DNA of 64,000 nt from Candidatus Binatia bacterium (GTDB lineage Bacteria; Desulfobacterota; Binatia; HRBIN30): contig JBBRSP010000031.1 of assembly GCA_038245295.1 (NCBI GenBank), forward strand, positions 10,014 to 74,013, read 5' to 3'. Below the pieces are notes generated by a model. That model had not been told where the DNA came from. It was given only the letters and a program-made list of their open reading frames with translations, and made no database searches. Made by a program: the position numbers and the translations under genes. Numbering within the stretch: the first letter of the stretch is position 1; each line of letters starts with the position of its first letter. Shown piece by piece: positions 16,616 through 27,700 of the stretch.

Positions 16616-18895
16616 GTGAGATTACGGCGGGCAGTACGAATTGGTGGAGGGGTGGTTCTTGGGTTGGCGGTGCTCTTGCCCACGACGGGGCTGCTCCAGA
16701 CCCCAGCGCTCGCCGCTCCCACCCCGCCCGTCGAGTTTATCGGCCGCCAGGCCTGTGCCCCGTGCCACAAGCCGGAGATCGAGGGTTATGCCGGATCGCA
16801 TCACGATCTGGCCATGCAGGTTGCCGACGCCAAGACTGTGCTGGGCAACTTCGACGGCGCCACCTTCGAGTACAACGGCCTCACGTCGACATTCACGAAG
16901 AAAAAAGACGGCTACTACGTTCGCACCGATGGCGCCGACGGCAAGCTGCACGACTTCCGCATCGCCTACACCTTCGGCATCGCACCACTGCAGCAATACC
17001 TGATTCAGTTCCCCGATGGCCGGCTTCAGGCGCTCAGCATCTGCTGGGACACGCGGCCTAAGGATGCCGGCGGGCAACACTGGTTTCATCTCTACCCGAA
17101 CGACAAGGTCGACTACCGTGACGTTCTGCACTGGACCGGTCCGGCGCAGAACTGGAACTTCATGTGCGCCGAGTGCCACTCGACCAACGTGCGCAAGAAC
17201 TTCGATGCGACCAAGAACCGGTTCTCCACGAGTTGGTCGGAGCTCGACGTATCGTGTGAGGCCTGCCACGGGCCAGGTGCCAAACACATTGCTTGGGCGA
17301 AGCAGGCGAAGACGGATGGCAGTGCCGCAGACCCGATGCATGGTCTGCCGGTCAAGCTCAGTGTTGGCAGCGGCGTGTGGCAGTTCGACGCCGAGCACCC
17401 GATCGCGCAGCTGTCCGATGCGCGCGATACGCGAGCCCAGATCGAGACCTGCGGTCGCTGTCACGCCCGGCGCTCGCAGATCAGCGAAGCCTACCGCTAC
17501 GGCGAGCCGTTGGCTCAAACCCACGTCGTTTCCTTGCTGGATGAGGGCCTGTATCACGCCGACGGTCAGATTCTCGAAGAGGTGTACGAGTACGGTTCGT
17601 TCCTGCAGAGCCGCATGTATGCGCGCGGGGTGACCTGCGGCGATTGTCACGATCCACACAGCGGCAAGTTGAAGGCCGAGGGCAATACGTTGTGCGCGAC
17701 CTGCCACCGCGCCGAGACGTACGACGTCGAGGCGCACCATCACCACCCGGCCGGCAGCACGGGCACAAGCTGCATCGGGTGCCATATGTTGCAGCGCAAC
17801 TACATGGTGGTGCATACGCGTCACGATCACAGCTTCCGCGTGCCGCGCCCCGATCTCGCCGCGTCTCTCGGTACGCCCGATACGTGCACGTCCTGCCATC
17901 AAGGGCGCACGCCTGGCTGGGCCGCCGAGGCAATCGTGAAGTGGTACGGACCGACACGTGAACGTAGGCCATTCTATGCGCCGGCGTTGGCGGCGGGCCG
18001 ACGGCAACAAGCCGGTGCCGAGACGTTGCTGACGGAGGTCGTCACGGATAATGCCATGCCAGCGCTCGTGCGCGCGACAGCCGTCGGACTTCTAGGCCGC
18101 GGCGGCGACGGTGTTGCCGAGCGGATCCTTGGGAATCTCGGCGATGCGGATCCACTTGTGCGGCGTGCCGCGGTGGAGGCTTCGGCCAGTTGGTCACCGC
18201 AGCGACGCGTCCAGGCGGTGACGCCATTGTTGGCCGATCCGATTCGCACAGTACGCCTTGCCGCGGTCGACGCCCTGGCTGATGTGGCGGCCGCGGCACC
18301 GTTCAAGGACGAACAGCGCAAAGCGTTCAGCGCCGCGGTTGCCGAGTATCGCGACGTGCAGGCGTTGAATGCCGATCGCGCCGATTCATGGCTCAACCTC
18401 GGGGCACTCGATGTGCGCCTTGGTAATCCGACGGCTGCCGAAGCGGCCTATCAGCGGGCCATCCGGGTGCAGCCGGATTTCATGCCGTCGTATGTGAACC
18501 TCGCCGATCTGTACCGTGGCCTTCAACGCGATGCGGATGGCGAACATACGCTGCGCCAGGCGCTGGCGCGGCAAGCGAATTCGGCCGATGTTCACCACTC
18601 GCTCGGCTTGCTGCTCATCCGCCAGAAGCACAATGCCGAAGCCCTCGCGGAACTGGGCCGAGCGGCTGAGCTGGCGCCCGATGTGTCGAACTACGCGTAT
18701 GTCTACGCGGTGGCGCTCGACGGCATGGGCCAACCGGCGCAAGCATTGCGCGTCCTCGAGCAAACCCATCAGCGCTTTACCGGCGATCGCAACGTGCTGT
18801 CGGCCCTGATGCAATTTGCCGCCAAGGCGGGTGACAACGAGGGCGCGGCGCGTTGGGGGCAAGAGTTGCAGAATCTCGACGGCGGTCAGCCGTAG
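16616..18895 (+). CDS. Octaheme c-type cytochrome with HEAT-like and TPR repeats
   Basis: Eight CxxCH (CAPCH, CAECH, CEACH, CGRCH, CGDCH, CATCH, CIGCH, CTSCH); DPLVRRAAV/DPIRTVRLAAV; TPR-like helices; signal peptide. GTG start is inferred. Confidence 0.88.
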   Translation: MRLRRAVRIGGGVVLGLAVLLPTTGLLQTPALAAPTPPVEFIGRQACAPCHKPEIEGYAGSHHDLAMQVADAKTVLGNFDGATFEYNGLTSTFTKKKDGYYVRTDGADGKLHDFRIAYTFGIAPLQQYLIQFPDGRLQALSICWDTRPKDAGGQHWFHLYPNDKVDYRDVLHWTGPAQNWNFMCAECHSTNVRKNFDATKNRFSTSWSELDVSCEACHGPGAKHIAWAKQAKTDGSAADPMHGLPVKLSVGSGVWQFDAEHPIAQLSDARDTRAQIETCGRCHARRSQISEAYRYGEPLAQTHVVSLLDEGLYHADGQILEEVYEYGSFLQSRMYARGVTCGDCHDPHSGKLKAEGNTLCATCHRAETYDVEAHHHHPAGSTGTSCIGCHMLQRNYMVVHTRHDHSFRVPRPDLAASLGTPDTCTSCHQGRTPGWAAEAIVKWYGPTRERRPFYAPALAAGRRQQAGAETLLTEVVTDNAMPALVRATAVGLLGRGGDGVAERILGNLGDADPLVRRAAVEASASWSPQRRVQAVTPLLADPIRTVRLAAVDALADVAAAAPFKDEQRKAFSAAVAEYRDVQALNADRADSWLNLGALDVRLGNPTAAEAAYQRAIRVQPDFMPSYVNLADLYRGLQRDADGEHTLRQALARQANSADVHHSLGLLLIRQKHNAEALAELGRAAELAPDVSNYAYVYAVALDGMGQPAQALRVLEQTHQRFTGDRNVLSALMQFAAKAGDNEGAARWGQELQNLDGGQP

Positions 18896-19065
18896 GTAGA
18901 TCGACTCGGACGGAGGGCGGAATGGTCGGCGTCGCTCCGCCTCAGGCGCCTTTAAGTGTTTGATCGTTATACACAGGCAGGAGCAGGCTTCAGCCCGCGG
19001 AGTGCTCCAACAGTGATGGAATCCAAGCCTGACGCGAGGATTCGCTGCCAACGCTGGGTGTTGTT

Positions 19066-19103
19066 ACACAAAGAGCCCGGGAAGGTCCCGGGCTCTTTTG
19101 TGT
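19066..19103. terminator. Bidirectional intrinsic terminator
   Basis: ACACAAAGAGCCCGGGA-AGG-TCCCGGGCTCTTTTGTGT between convergent genes. Confidence 0.85.
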
Positions 19104-19137
19104 GAACTGGATGCGTTGAAGGGTACTGCCGAGCGGG

Positions 19138-22100
19138 TTACGGACAACCATCGATCGCGGCGATCACGGCACGGATGATCTCCTCCGTTGTGATCGAGCC
19201 ATCACCGTTCACATCACCCGCCAGACAAGCGCTGATAGGCTTCTCTTCGAGGGCGATGTTTACCATCAGGATAACCTCGTCGACGGTTACTTGACCGTTC
19301 ATGCCACAGTCGCCGGGGCAGACCGGAAGTACCGTCGGCGTCGCGGTCGGGGTGGCTTCCGGCGTCGGTGTTTCCGTGGCGGTGGCGGTGGCGGTGGCCG
19401 GTGGTGTCGGAGTTTCCGTTGGCGTCACGGTGGCCGTCGGGCTTGCCTGTGTCGGTGTTTCGGTGGCGGTCTGAGTCGGGGCCTCGGTTGGCGTTTCCGT
19501 CGGTAGCTCGGTTGCTGTTGCGACGGGGACTGGTGTTTCGGTTGGCTCCGCGGTCACCGTATGCGTCGCCTCGGCGACCGGCGTCACGGTCGGCGTTAGT
19601 TCCACCACCGGTGTTTCAGTTGGGACCGCCGTCTCCGTCGGCACCGGCGTTGCAGTGCTGGTTGGCTCCGCCGTTGGCGTCTCGGTTGGCGCGGCGGTTT
19701 CGGTCGCGGTCGGTGCGGTCGTTGGTGTGTCGGTCGCCGTCCCGGTCGCCGTGTTCTGCGGCGTCGGAGTGGCGGTCGTCGTGGCGGTTGCGACGGCGGT
19801 TGGTGTCTCCGTAACGGTGGCCGTGATTGTCGGTTCAGGCGTGGCCGTATCCGTTGCGGTTGCCGTCGGTAACGGTAGCGGCGTGTCGGTTGGTGTCAGT
19901 GTCGGCTGTGGCGTCGACGTGTCGGTCGGAATCGGCGTCGCCGTCGGGGTGTCCGTCGGGGTTTCGGTCGGCGTATCCGTCGGCGTAGCGGTATGCGTCG
20001 GGGTAGCCGTTCGTGTCGGTGTCTGCGTCGGTGTGGCGGTTTCTGTCGGTGTCGGCGACGGGCGCTGGACCGCTCCATTGGCGACCAGACGCAACGTCCT
20101 CACCGAATCTCCCGTGTTCGCGAGGTTGCCAAAGGTGGCGACTAGTTCCAGGCCGGAGAGATCCGGCGGGTTCTGAGCCAGCTCTGAACAGGCGATCAAG
20201 GGTAGTCCCATCTCGGCGAATGGTCCGATGTTGGTGCCGTTCTGGAAGTTGGCGTTGATCACTTCGGCATTGGCGCCGCCGGTGGTGAAGTCGACGGTTT
20301 GCGGCACGCCGCGCTGCGTCGGTGTGTCATTGATCGTGCAGAAATTAGCCGCACAGGCCGACGCGCTGTGGCCGGTTGCGATGGCCGCGAGCAGGCGTGC
20401 GGAGCCTTGCGGGCCGGTGCCGCTTGTCGTCACGGCTGACGGCACCGGTGTCCGCAGGGTGCAATCCGGCGGATTGGCGCAGCCTCCTGCATCAACGAGC
20501 GTATCGACGTCGATGTTGGTCAGGCCATCGGTGCCGCAGCCGAAGGTCCCGGCAGCGGAGAGTGTCGGGCCGAAGACATCAGCGCATGGCTTGCTGTCCG
20601 GGCAACTGGCGCTGCCGGCGAACTCGTCGTTGCATTGTTGTGAGGGCGAGCCGTCCTGGTTGTAGAGGGTTCCACCACAGGTCTTGAGATTGACGGCGCG
20701 CACGCAGCTGCAGCCATCGGCGAGATCGACCGGGTTGAACTGGGCCTGGAAGGCGCGAATAACAAACGGGCGGCTGCCGTCGGCGCTAGGTTTGCCGACG
20801 ACCAGAACTTGCGAGCCATGCAGGGCCGCGGCGCTGGCGCCACCCTGCTCGTGCGACGCCAGATGGCTGTCCGGCACGAGGTTCATCGTTACTTCCGTTT
20901 CGAGGGTGCAGTTGGCGGCGCAACCATCGCCACCGACGGGTTTGCAATGGATGCAGCGGCTGCCGGGGCATTCGCTGTTGTCGGCACACTCGTAACCGGC
21001 TTTTGGCCCGGCTTCGCAGGCGCCGTTGCCGATGCAGAGTGAGTCGGTGGTGCAGAGATCGCCGGCGTTGAGGCCGCCGACGCAGATGCCGCCGTCATCA
21101 CATTCTTCGCCTGGGTCGAGCACAGCGTTGCGGCAGAGCAGGGGGCCGAGTGGTGTCGGCGTATTGGTTGCCGTCGCCGTGTTGGTCTGCGTGCGCGTCG
21201 GCGTGCCGGTGCGCGTGTCGGTAGCTGTGGCCGTCGCGGTCGCCGTGGCGGCGGAGGTTTCAGTCGGTGTCGAACTCTTCGTCGGTGTCGCCGAGGTGGT
21301 GAACGTCGCAGTTTGTGTGGCGCTGGGGCTCGGTGAAGCGGTCTGCGTCACCGACGCCGTGGCGCTCGGCGTGCTGGTATGTGTCGCCGTCTCGGTCGCC
21401 GTCGGAGTGGCTGTGTCGGTTGGTGTCGTCGACGCAGTCGCGGTCCGTGTCTCGGTTGAAGTGTGAGTCGGCGTCGCCGTATCCACCGGCGTCGCCGTCG
21501 GGGTGTTTGTCGGCGTCGTCGTGGCTGTGCTGGTGGCGGTATCTGTCGCAATCGGTGTGGCGCTCGGTGTGGCCGTTTCCGTCGCCGTCGGTGTCGGCGT
21601 GTGTGTTGGCGTTTCCGTATGTGTCGGTGTTTGCGTCGGCGTGTCGGTGACCGTGGCCGTCAGTGTTGGCGTATTGGTTGGCGTGTACGTCAAAGTCGGG
21701 CTCGACGTCGGGGTGTCGGTTACCGTCGCTGTCGGCGTTGCCGTAGTTGTCGAGCTAGGCGTGAAGGTATTCGTCGCGGTATTGGTCGCGGTGCGACTTG
21801 GCGTCTGCGTTGCGGTCGACGACGGGGTCGCGGTCCCGGTTTGAGTCGGTGTGCCGATGCTCGGCGGGAAGTCGATACGTCCAATGCGGTTGGTGAAGGA
21901 TTCAGTGATCCAGAAGTTCCCATCCGTCCCCGTGGCTAATCCGTAGAATCGCGGATTCGGAAATCCGGCCTTCGGTGCCACGGCGATGGTGAACTCTGAG
22001 ATGGTGTTGGGCGCGTTGACGAGGATGCGGCTCAAATGGTTGCCGCTGCCCTGCGTGTACCACAGGTTGCCGTCCGGCCCGCTGATGATGATGGTCGGGT

Positions 22101-22893
22101 TCGTCGAGAACGTTGGCATGGTGAATTCGGTGATCGTCCCGCTTGGCGTGATGCGACCGACCTTGCCGCTCTCGAGGAACCACAGATTGCCGTCCGTTCC
22201 TTTGGTGATGCCGGTCGGCGCGCTGCTCAAGGTTGGGATCGTAAACTCGGTGATAACCCCGGCGGTGGTCATACGCCCGATGCGGTTTCCCATCTGTTCA
22301 GTGAACCACAGGTTGCCGTCCGGGCCGGTGACGATCGAGTTCGGTTTGCTGTTGGCCGTCGGCAGGGAGACCTCGGTGATCGTATTGGGCGCGTTGACAA
22401 GGATACGCCCGATCTTGTTGCCGCCAGCCTCGGTGAACCACATGTTCCCCTCGGGACCGGCGGTGATGCCGTTGGGGAAGCTGGAACCGGTGGGAATCGA
22501 AAATTCCGTGACTGTTCCAGATGTTGTGATGCGGCCGATCTTGCCGACCGATTGCTCGGTGAACCACAGGTTGCCGTCCGGCCCAGCGGCGATGCCGGTT
22601 GGCGTGCTACCGGCGCTCATCACCGGGTAGTTGGTGATGCTACCGGCGGTGGTGATGACACCAATGGCGTTGCCGGTGCTCTGCGCGTACCATAGATTGC
22701 CGTCCGGACCGCTGACGATTTCGCGCGGTTCGAAGGCCCCCGCGAGGGGGTACTCGGTCGCGGGTACCTGCGCGTGAGCCCGTTGAACCCCGATCAGCGC
22801 AACGAACGAGAGCGCGATTGTGAAGAGTAGACACTGCCGATTCAGGCGAATCGGACGATGAAGACACGGATATCGGTGAGGGGAGACGCCCAT
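19138..22893 (-). CDS. Exported modular protein: 7-blade Vgb-like beta-propeller, Thr/Pro linker, Cys-rich DUF4215-like plus unknown domain, acidic Thr/Pro linker, C-terminal dockerin-like domain
   Basis: Seven G(P/T)(D/E)GNxW repeats; signal peptide ending [32 protein letters not shown]-terminus [16 protein letters not shown]...[14 protein letters not shown]. Start placed at ATG 22893 to avoid overlap with the MFS gene. Confidence 0.85.
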   Translation of the reverse strand: MGVSPHRYPCLHRPIRLNRQCLLFTIALSFVALIGVQRAHAQVPATEYPLAGAFEPREIVSGPDGNLWYAQSTGNAIGVITTAGSITNYPVMSAGSTPTGIAAGPDGNLWFTEQSVGKIGRITTSGTVTEFSIPTGSSFPNGITAGPEGNMWFTEAGGNKIGRILVNAPNTITEVSLPTANSKPNSIVTGPDGNLWFTEQMGNRIGRMTTAGVITEFTIPTLSSAPTGITKGTDGNLWFLESGKVGRITPSGTITEFTMPTFSTNPTIIISGPDGNLWYTQGSGNHLSRILVNAPNTISEFTIAVAPKAGFPNPRFYGLATGTDGNFWITESFTNRIGRIDFPPSIGTPTQTGTATPSSTATQTPSRTATNTATNTFTPSSTTTATPTATVTDTPTSSPTLTYTPTNTPTLTATVTDTPTQTPTHTETPTHTPTPTATETATPSATPIATDTATSTATTTPTNTPTATPVDTATPTHTSTETRTATASTTPTDTATPTATETATHTSTPSATASVTQTASPSPSATQTATFTTSATPTKSSTPTETSAATATATATATDTRTGTPTRTQTNTATATNTPTPLGPLLCRNAVLDPGEECDDGGICVGGLNAGDLCTTDSLCIGNGACEAGPKAGYECADNSECPGSRCIHCKPVGGDGCAANCTLETEVTMNLVPDSHLASHEQGGASAAALHGSQVLVVGKPSADGSRPFVIRAFQAQFNPVDLADGCSCVRAVNLKTCGGTLYNQDGSPSQQCNDEFAGSASCPDSKPCADVFGPTLSAAGTFGCGTDGLTNIDVDTLVDAGGCANPPDCTLRTPVPSAVTTSGTGPQGSARLLAAIATGHSASACAANFCTINDTPTQRGVPQTVDFTTGGANAEVINANFQNGTNIGPFAEMGLPLIACSELAQNPPDLSGLELVATFGNLANTGDSVRTLRLVANGAVQRPSPTPTETATPTQTPTRTATPTHTATPTDTPTETPTDTPTATPIPTDTSTPQPTLTPTDTPLPLPTATATDTATPEPTITATVTETPTAVATATTTATPTPQNTATGTATDTPTTAPTATETAAPTETPTAEPTSTATPVPTETAVPTETPVVELTPTVTPVAEATHTVTAEPTETPVPVATATELPTETPTEAPTQTATETPTQASPTATVTPTETPTPPATATATATETPTPEATPTATPTVLPVCPGDCGMNGQVTVDEVILMVNIALEEKPISACLAGDVNGDGSITTEEIIRAVIAAIDGCP

Positions 22894-22964
22894 AGAAGAG
22901 TTGACTACTACGCCCCACATCCGGGGGTCAATATGGCAAAACGCTGTAAGTCTTAAGGATTGTT

Positions 22965-24113
22965 TCAGTGTTTCTGATTGACGAGGCGCTCGAGGCGTAG
23001 GGCGGCGGGTAGGGCGAGGGCGACGATGAGGGCCTCGACGCCGAACAGGCCGCGTGTGCCAATCCGATCGACCAGGGCGCCGGCCATGATCAGGCCCGCC
23101 GAAGCGCCGATGCCCCAACTGATTGCTCCATAGATGGCCTGGCCGCTGGTGCTGCGTTCCGCCGGGACGAGTTGCGGCAGCAGGCGCATCGTGGCCAGGT
23201 GAAAGGCGGCAAACGAGAAGGCGTGCCCAAGTTGCAGTAGGACGACAACTGACTCCTGGGTAGCGACGGCCGTTGCGGCCCAGCGTACTGTCGTGATCAG
23301 CAAGGAAACGGTGATCAGGCGCGCCGGGGAGACGCGTTCGAGGATCTGCCGTCCCCAATAGAGCAAGCCGACCTCAACAATGACCGCTAGAGCCCAGGTG
23401 ATTCCAGGGATGGCGTCAGAGAATCCCAGACGGCTGACGTGGAGAGCAAAGAAGCCACCCCAAGCGCCCGAGCTGACTTGCAGCAGGAGAGAGGCGGTGA
23501 TGAGGGCGCGCACCGGCGGTGTCAGGAGCTTCCATGGCGCGCTGAAGCGCGTCGACATGGGTGCCTGGCCGCGCGGCAATCCGTAGATCGGCACGAGGAG
23601 GACCAGGGCCGGGATCAACAAAAGAATCGGCACCACCTTGGCCGAGCCGAGGTGAATCAGTGGCGCGCTCACGAGCGCCGCCGCGATGAAGCCAATCGAT
23701 CCCCACATACGCAAGCGACCATAGTTGCCGCCCAGTTGGTCGAGGTGATCGAGGACGGTTGCGTCCAGCATCGGCATGATCGTGCCTTGCATTAGTCCGA
23801 GCAACCCCAGGTCGAGCAGCAGCGGCCAGAATCCGGTCAGGAACAGTAACGGGAAAAAGAAGAGGCTGCCGGCTGCCGTCGCGACCATCATCACCGGGTG
23901 GCGAATCCGCCAGCGATCGGCAACGCTAGCCCAAGCAAGAGCCCCGACCCACCGCAGAGCCGGTTGGCAGCCAATCAGTAGGCCAATCTCCCAGCCGCTC
24001 AAGCCGAGGTCGGACAGGAAGCGCGGGAAATACGGCGCCCACACCCCCGGGCCGAAGAGGATGACGGCATAGGCGACGATGACCGCCAAACGTGGGCGTC
24101 GATTTGATTCCAT
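22965..24113 (-). CDS. MFS transporter (MFS_1-like / HcaT-like)
   Basis: About 12 hydrophobic segments; [29 protein letters not shown] motifs. Confidence 0.88.
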   Translation of the reverse strand: MESNRRPRLAVIVAYAVILFGPGVWAPYFPRFLSDLGLSGWEIGLLIGCQPALRWVGALAWASVADRWRIRHPVMMVATAAGSLFFFPLLFLTGFWPLLLDLGLLGLMQGTIMPMLDATVLDHLDQLGGNYGRLRMWGSIGFIAAALVSAPLIHLGSAKVVPILLLIPALVLLVPIYGLPRGQAPMSTRFSAPWKLLTPPVRALITASLLLQVSSGAWGGFFALHVSRLGFSDAIPGITWALAVIVEVGLLYWGRQILERVSPARLITVSLLITTVRWAATAVATQESVVVLLQLGHAFSFAAFHLATMRLLPQLVPAERSTSGQAIYGAISWGIGASAGLIMAGALVDRIGTRGLFGVEALIVALALPAALRLERLVNQKH

Positions 24114-24121
24114 TCAACCTT

Positions 24122-24192
24122 TGCCTAAGCCAGTGCCCGTGCCTTGGTGTTGTTGGCTCTAAATAGGCAAAGGCACCGGCATAGGCATAGGC
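24122..24192. repeat. Inverted degenerate hexamer repeats (TGCCNN / NNGGCA) in a divergent promoter region
   Basis: TGCCTA AGCCAG TGCCCG TGCCT ... AGGCA AAGGCA CCGGCA TAGGCA TAGGC. Confidence 0.65.
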
Positions 24193-24214
24193 TTGGAAGG
24201 GGAGAATCCGACAG

Positions 24215-24640
24215 ATGACGAAACTGACTACAGGCTGCACGGCCGAGAAGACGTTCCTCGTCACCCACGAAATTACCGCCGCGGCACTGATGGCGCGTGA
24301 CATGCCGGGCGAAGCACCGCTGCCGGCCGTGTGGTCGACGCCCGACATGATCGCCAAGATGGAAGTCGTGTGCGCTGCCCTGGTGGCGCCGCTGCTCGAG
24401 GACGGGCAGATGAGCGTTGGAGCGCGCAACGAGATCAGCCATCTGGCCCCGACCCCCGAAGGGGAAACGGTGCGAGTCCGGGTGCAACTCGACACCATCG
24501 ACGGCCGCAAGCTGACTTTCACCGTCGCCGCGTTCGACACGAAAACCAAGGTCGGTGAGGGGACGCATGTTCGCTTCGTCGTCAATCGCGAAGGTTTCGA
24601 GAAGCGGCTCCGAGAGCGCCGGCCGGATGGCGGATCGTAA
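24215..24640 (+). CDS. Fluoroacetyl-CoA thioesterase-like (FlK) hotdog thioesterase
   Basis: VWSTPDMIAKME, SVG..EISHLAPTPEG, GEGTHVRFVV. Confidence 0.88.
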   Translation: MTKLTTGCTAEKTFLVTHEITAAALMARDMPGEAPLPAVWSTPDMIAKMEVVCAALVAPLLEDGQMSVGARNEISHLAPTPEGETVRVRVQLDTIDGRKLTFTVAAFDTKTKVGEGTHVRFVVNREGFEKRLRERRPDGGS

Positions 24641-24642
24641 GT

Positions 24643-24668
24643 CGGAGCGCGCCACTACCGTGGCGCCC
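24643..24668 (+). repeat. REP-like palindrome, family A (CGGAGCGCGCCAC-n-GTGGCGCCC)
   Basis: Similar units at 30748-30773 and 41501-41569. Confidence 0.6.
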
Positions 24669-24791
24669 AGTGGTGGCCATCACCTGTGGGATCGATCTTT
24701 GGGCGTCATGGAGTGGCCCGCGCTCCGGTTTAGAGGATACCTATTGGCATCCCGCTGAGGCGGTGGTACGAGGTTCGCTCAATTTTCGCCA

Positions 24792-27700
24792 ATGCATACT
24801 GTACGCTTTCATCCCCTGGTCGCGGATTGGTTCAAGGCACGCTTCGGCGAGCCGACGCCGGCGCAGGTGCAGGGTTGGAAGCACATCTCGACCGGCCGCG
24901 ACACGCTGATCGCCGCGCCAACCGGTTCCGGCAAAACGCTGGCGGCGTTCTTGTGGGCGGTCAATCTGCTCATCGAACGCGCCGCGACGGGGACCCTCGA
25001 GGATCGTACCTCGGTGGTTTACGTCTCGCCGCTCAAAGCTCTCGCCAACGATATCCAGAAGAATCTGCGCCAGCCGCTGGCGGAGTTGCAGGACTTGGCC
25101 TTCCAGCGTGGCATCCTCATGCCGGAGATTCGAGCCGCCGTGCGCACCGGCGATACGCCGACCAGCGAGCGCCAGGCGATGTTGAAACACGCGCCGCACA
25201 TTTTGATCACCACGCCCGAGTCGTTCTTCATTCTCCTCACCGCCGACAAGAGCCGGCGTATGTTGGCGCGCGCCGAGACGATCATCGTCGACGAAATTCA
25301 CGCGGTGGCTGCCGACAAGCGTGGCGCGCATCTGTCGTTATCCCTCGAACGTTTGGATGCCCTCGCGACGACGCGCCTGCAGCGCATCGGCTTGAGTGCA
25401 ACGCAGAAACCCATCGAGGAGATTGCCCGCTTGTTGGTCGGCACCGATCGGCTGATTCTCGGCGGCTTGCCGGATTGCGCCATCGTCGACACCGGCCACC
25501 AACGCAAGCTCGATCTGCGTATCGAGATTGCGGATCACGAGCTCGGCCCAATCGCGCCGCTCGAATTGTGGGGCGACATTTACGAACGCATCGTCGAGCT
25601 CAGTCGAGAGCACCGTACGACGATCGTTTTTGTCGGGACGCGCCGCCTCGTCGAGCGTGTGTCGCATCAGCTGAGTGAGCGCCTCGGTGCCGACAAGGTC
25701 GCGGCGCACCATGGCAGCATGTCGCGACAGACGCGGTTGCATGCCGAGGAGGGCTTGAAGAGCGGCGCCATTCCGGTGGTTGTCGCGACCGCCTCCCTCG
25801 AGCTCGGCATTGATGTGGGCCACGTCGATCTCGTCTGTCACATCGGTGCGCCGCGAGCGATTGCGACGTTCTTGCAGCGCGTCGGGCGCTCTGGTCACTG
25901 GCTCGGCGGTATTCCCAAGGGCATCTTGTTTCCGCTGACGCGTGACGATCTCATGCAGGCGGGAGCACTGATCCGCGCGATTCGTGCCGGCGAGCTTGAC
26001 CGCATCACGCTGCCGGAGCATCCGCTCGACATCGTGGCGCAGCAGATCGTCGCCATCGCCGCCTGCGAGACGATCGACGAAGCGGACCTGTGGCAGTTGG
26101 TGCAGCGCGCCTATCCGTTCCGCAACCTGACGCGTAAGGACTTTGAAGATGTTCTGGTCATGTTGTCCGATGGCGTTTCGACGCGTCGCGGCCGGCGCTC
26201 GGCGCATCTGCACCGGGATGCCGTCAACCATACGGTCAAGGGGCGGCGCGGCGCGCGGCTGGCGGCGATCACCAGTGGCGGCGCGATTCCTGATACCGCT
26301 GATTTCGACGTTGTCGCCGAGCCTGATGGTATCTTCGTCGGCAAGGTGAACGAGGACTTCGCCATCGAAAGTATGGCCGGCGACATCTTCCTGCTCGGCA
26401 ATCACTCGTGGCGAATCCGTCGTGTCGAGTCGGGCAAGGTGCGTGTCATCGATGCCGAAGGGGCGCCGCCGACGATTCCCTTCTGGTTGGGGGAATCACC
26501 GGGCCGCACCATCGAGCTGTCTGCCGCCGTCGCCGAATTGCGTCAGGCGGTAGCGGAGCGGCGCAACAATCTTGCCGAAGCCGTTCAGTGGTTGAAGGAT
26601 GAATGCTCGATGGATGATTCGGCGGCGGCGCAGATTGTTGCGTATGTTGCCGACACGTTTGCCATGCTCGGCGCCGTGCCGACGCAGGATACGGTGATCG
26701 CCGAGCGCTTCTTCGATGAAGGTGGCGGCATGCAGTTGGTGATCCACGCGCCCTTCGGGGCGCGCATCAATCGCGCCTGGGGCCTGGCGTTGCGTAAACG
26801 CTTTTGCCGCAGTTTCGATTTCGAGTTGCAGGCGGCGGCCACCGATGACGGTATGGTGCTGTCGCTTGGCGAGCAGCATAGTTTCCCACTCGAGTCGGTG
26901 TTCGCCATGGTGCGTCTCGCCAGTGTCGAGGAGGATCTCGTGCAGGCGGCGCTGCAGGCGCCGATGTTCGGCACGCGCTGGCGTTGGAATGCGACCCGCG
27001 CCCTGGCGCTGCTGCGCTTCGGCGGCGGCAAGAAGGTCCCACTGCAGTTGCAACGCATGCGTTCCGAAGACTTGTTGGCCGCCGTTTTCCCGATGCAGCT
27101 GGCCTGTGGCGACAATCACGCCGGCGGTAACATCGAGCCGCCCGATCATCCGTTGGTAAACGAAACGGTGATCAATTGTCTGCAGGAAGCGATGGACCTG
27201 CGCGGCTTGCGCGGCATTCTCGAGCGTTTGGACAGCGGGCAGATCCGCACCGTATCGGTCGACACCCCGGCACCGTCGCCGATGTCGCACGAAATCCTCA
27301 ACGCCAACCCGTATGCCTTCTTGGATGATGCACCGCTCGAGGAGCGGCGTGCCCGCGCCGTGTCGCTGCGCCGCGTCGATCCCGACATCGCCTCCGGCAT
27401 TGGCTCCCTCGATGATGCCGCGCTGGCGACGGTGCGTGAGCAGGCGTGGCCGGATGTGCGCGATGCGGACGAATTACACGACGTCTTACTGAGCCTCGGC
27501 CTGTTGCCGCTCGCTGAGTTGCCCCCAGCTTGGGAAACCTTCCGCCAACAGCTGCTTACCGCACGCCGTGCAGCGACGGCGCAATGGAACGAACGCCACG
27601 CTTTAGTGGCCAGCGAACGCGTCGAAGCGCTCAAGCTTGCCGTGCCGTCGGTCACGTTCGATCCGCAGCCGCCGGCGCTCGTGGCCGTCGAGATGGACGA

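Noticed and set aside
18962..18975. ATCGTTATACA as a ModE box
   Set aside because: Half-site only, between convergent gene ends and far from the mod promoter.
21870..22770. Vgb repeats as a streptogramin B resistance lyase
   Set aside because: The propeller is one module of a large exported protein; the fold is widespread and I cannot verify the catalytic residues.
22894..23358. 155-aa N-terminal extension of the 1406-aa ORF
   Set aside because: Overlaps the MFS gene on the same strand and precedes a clear signal peptide; a later start is more plausible.
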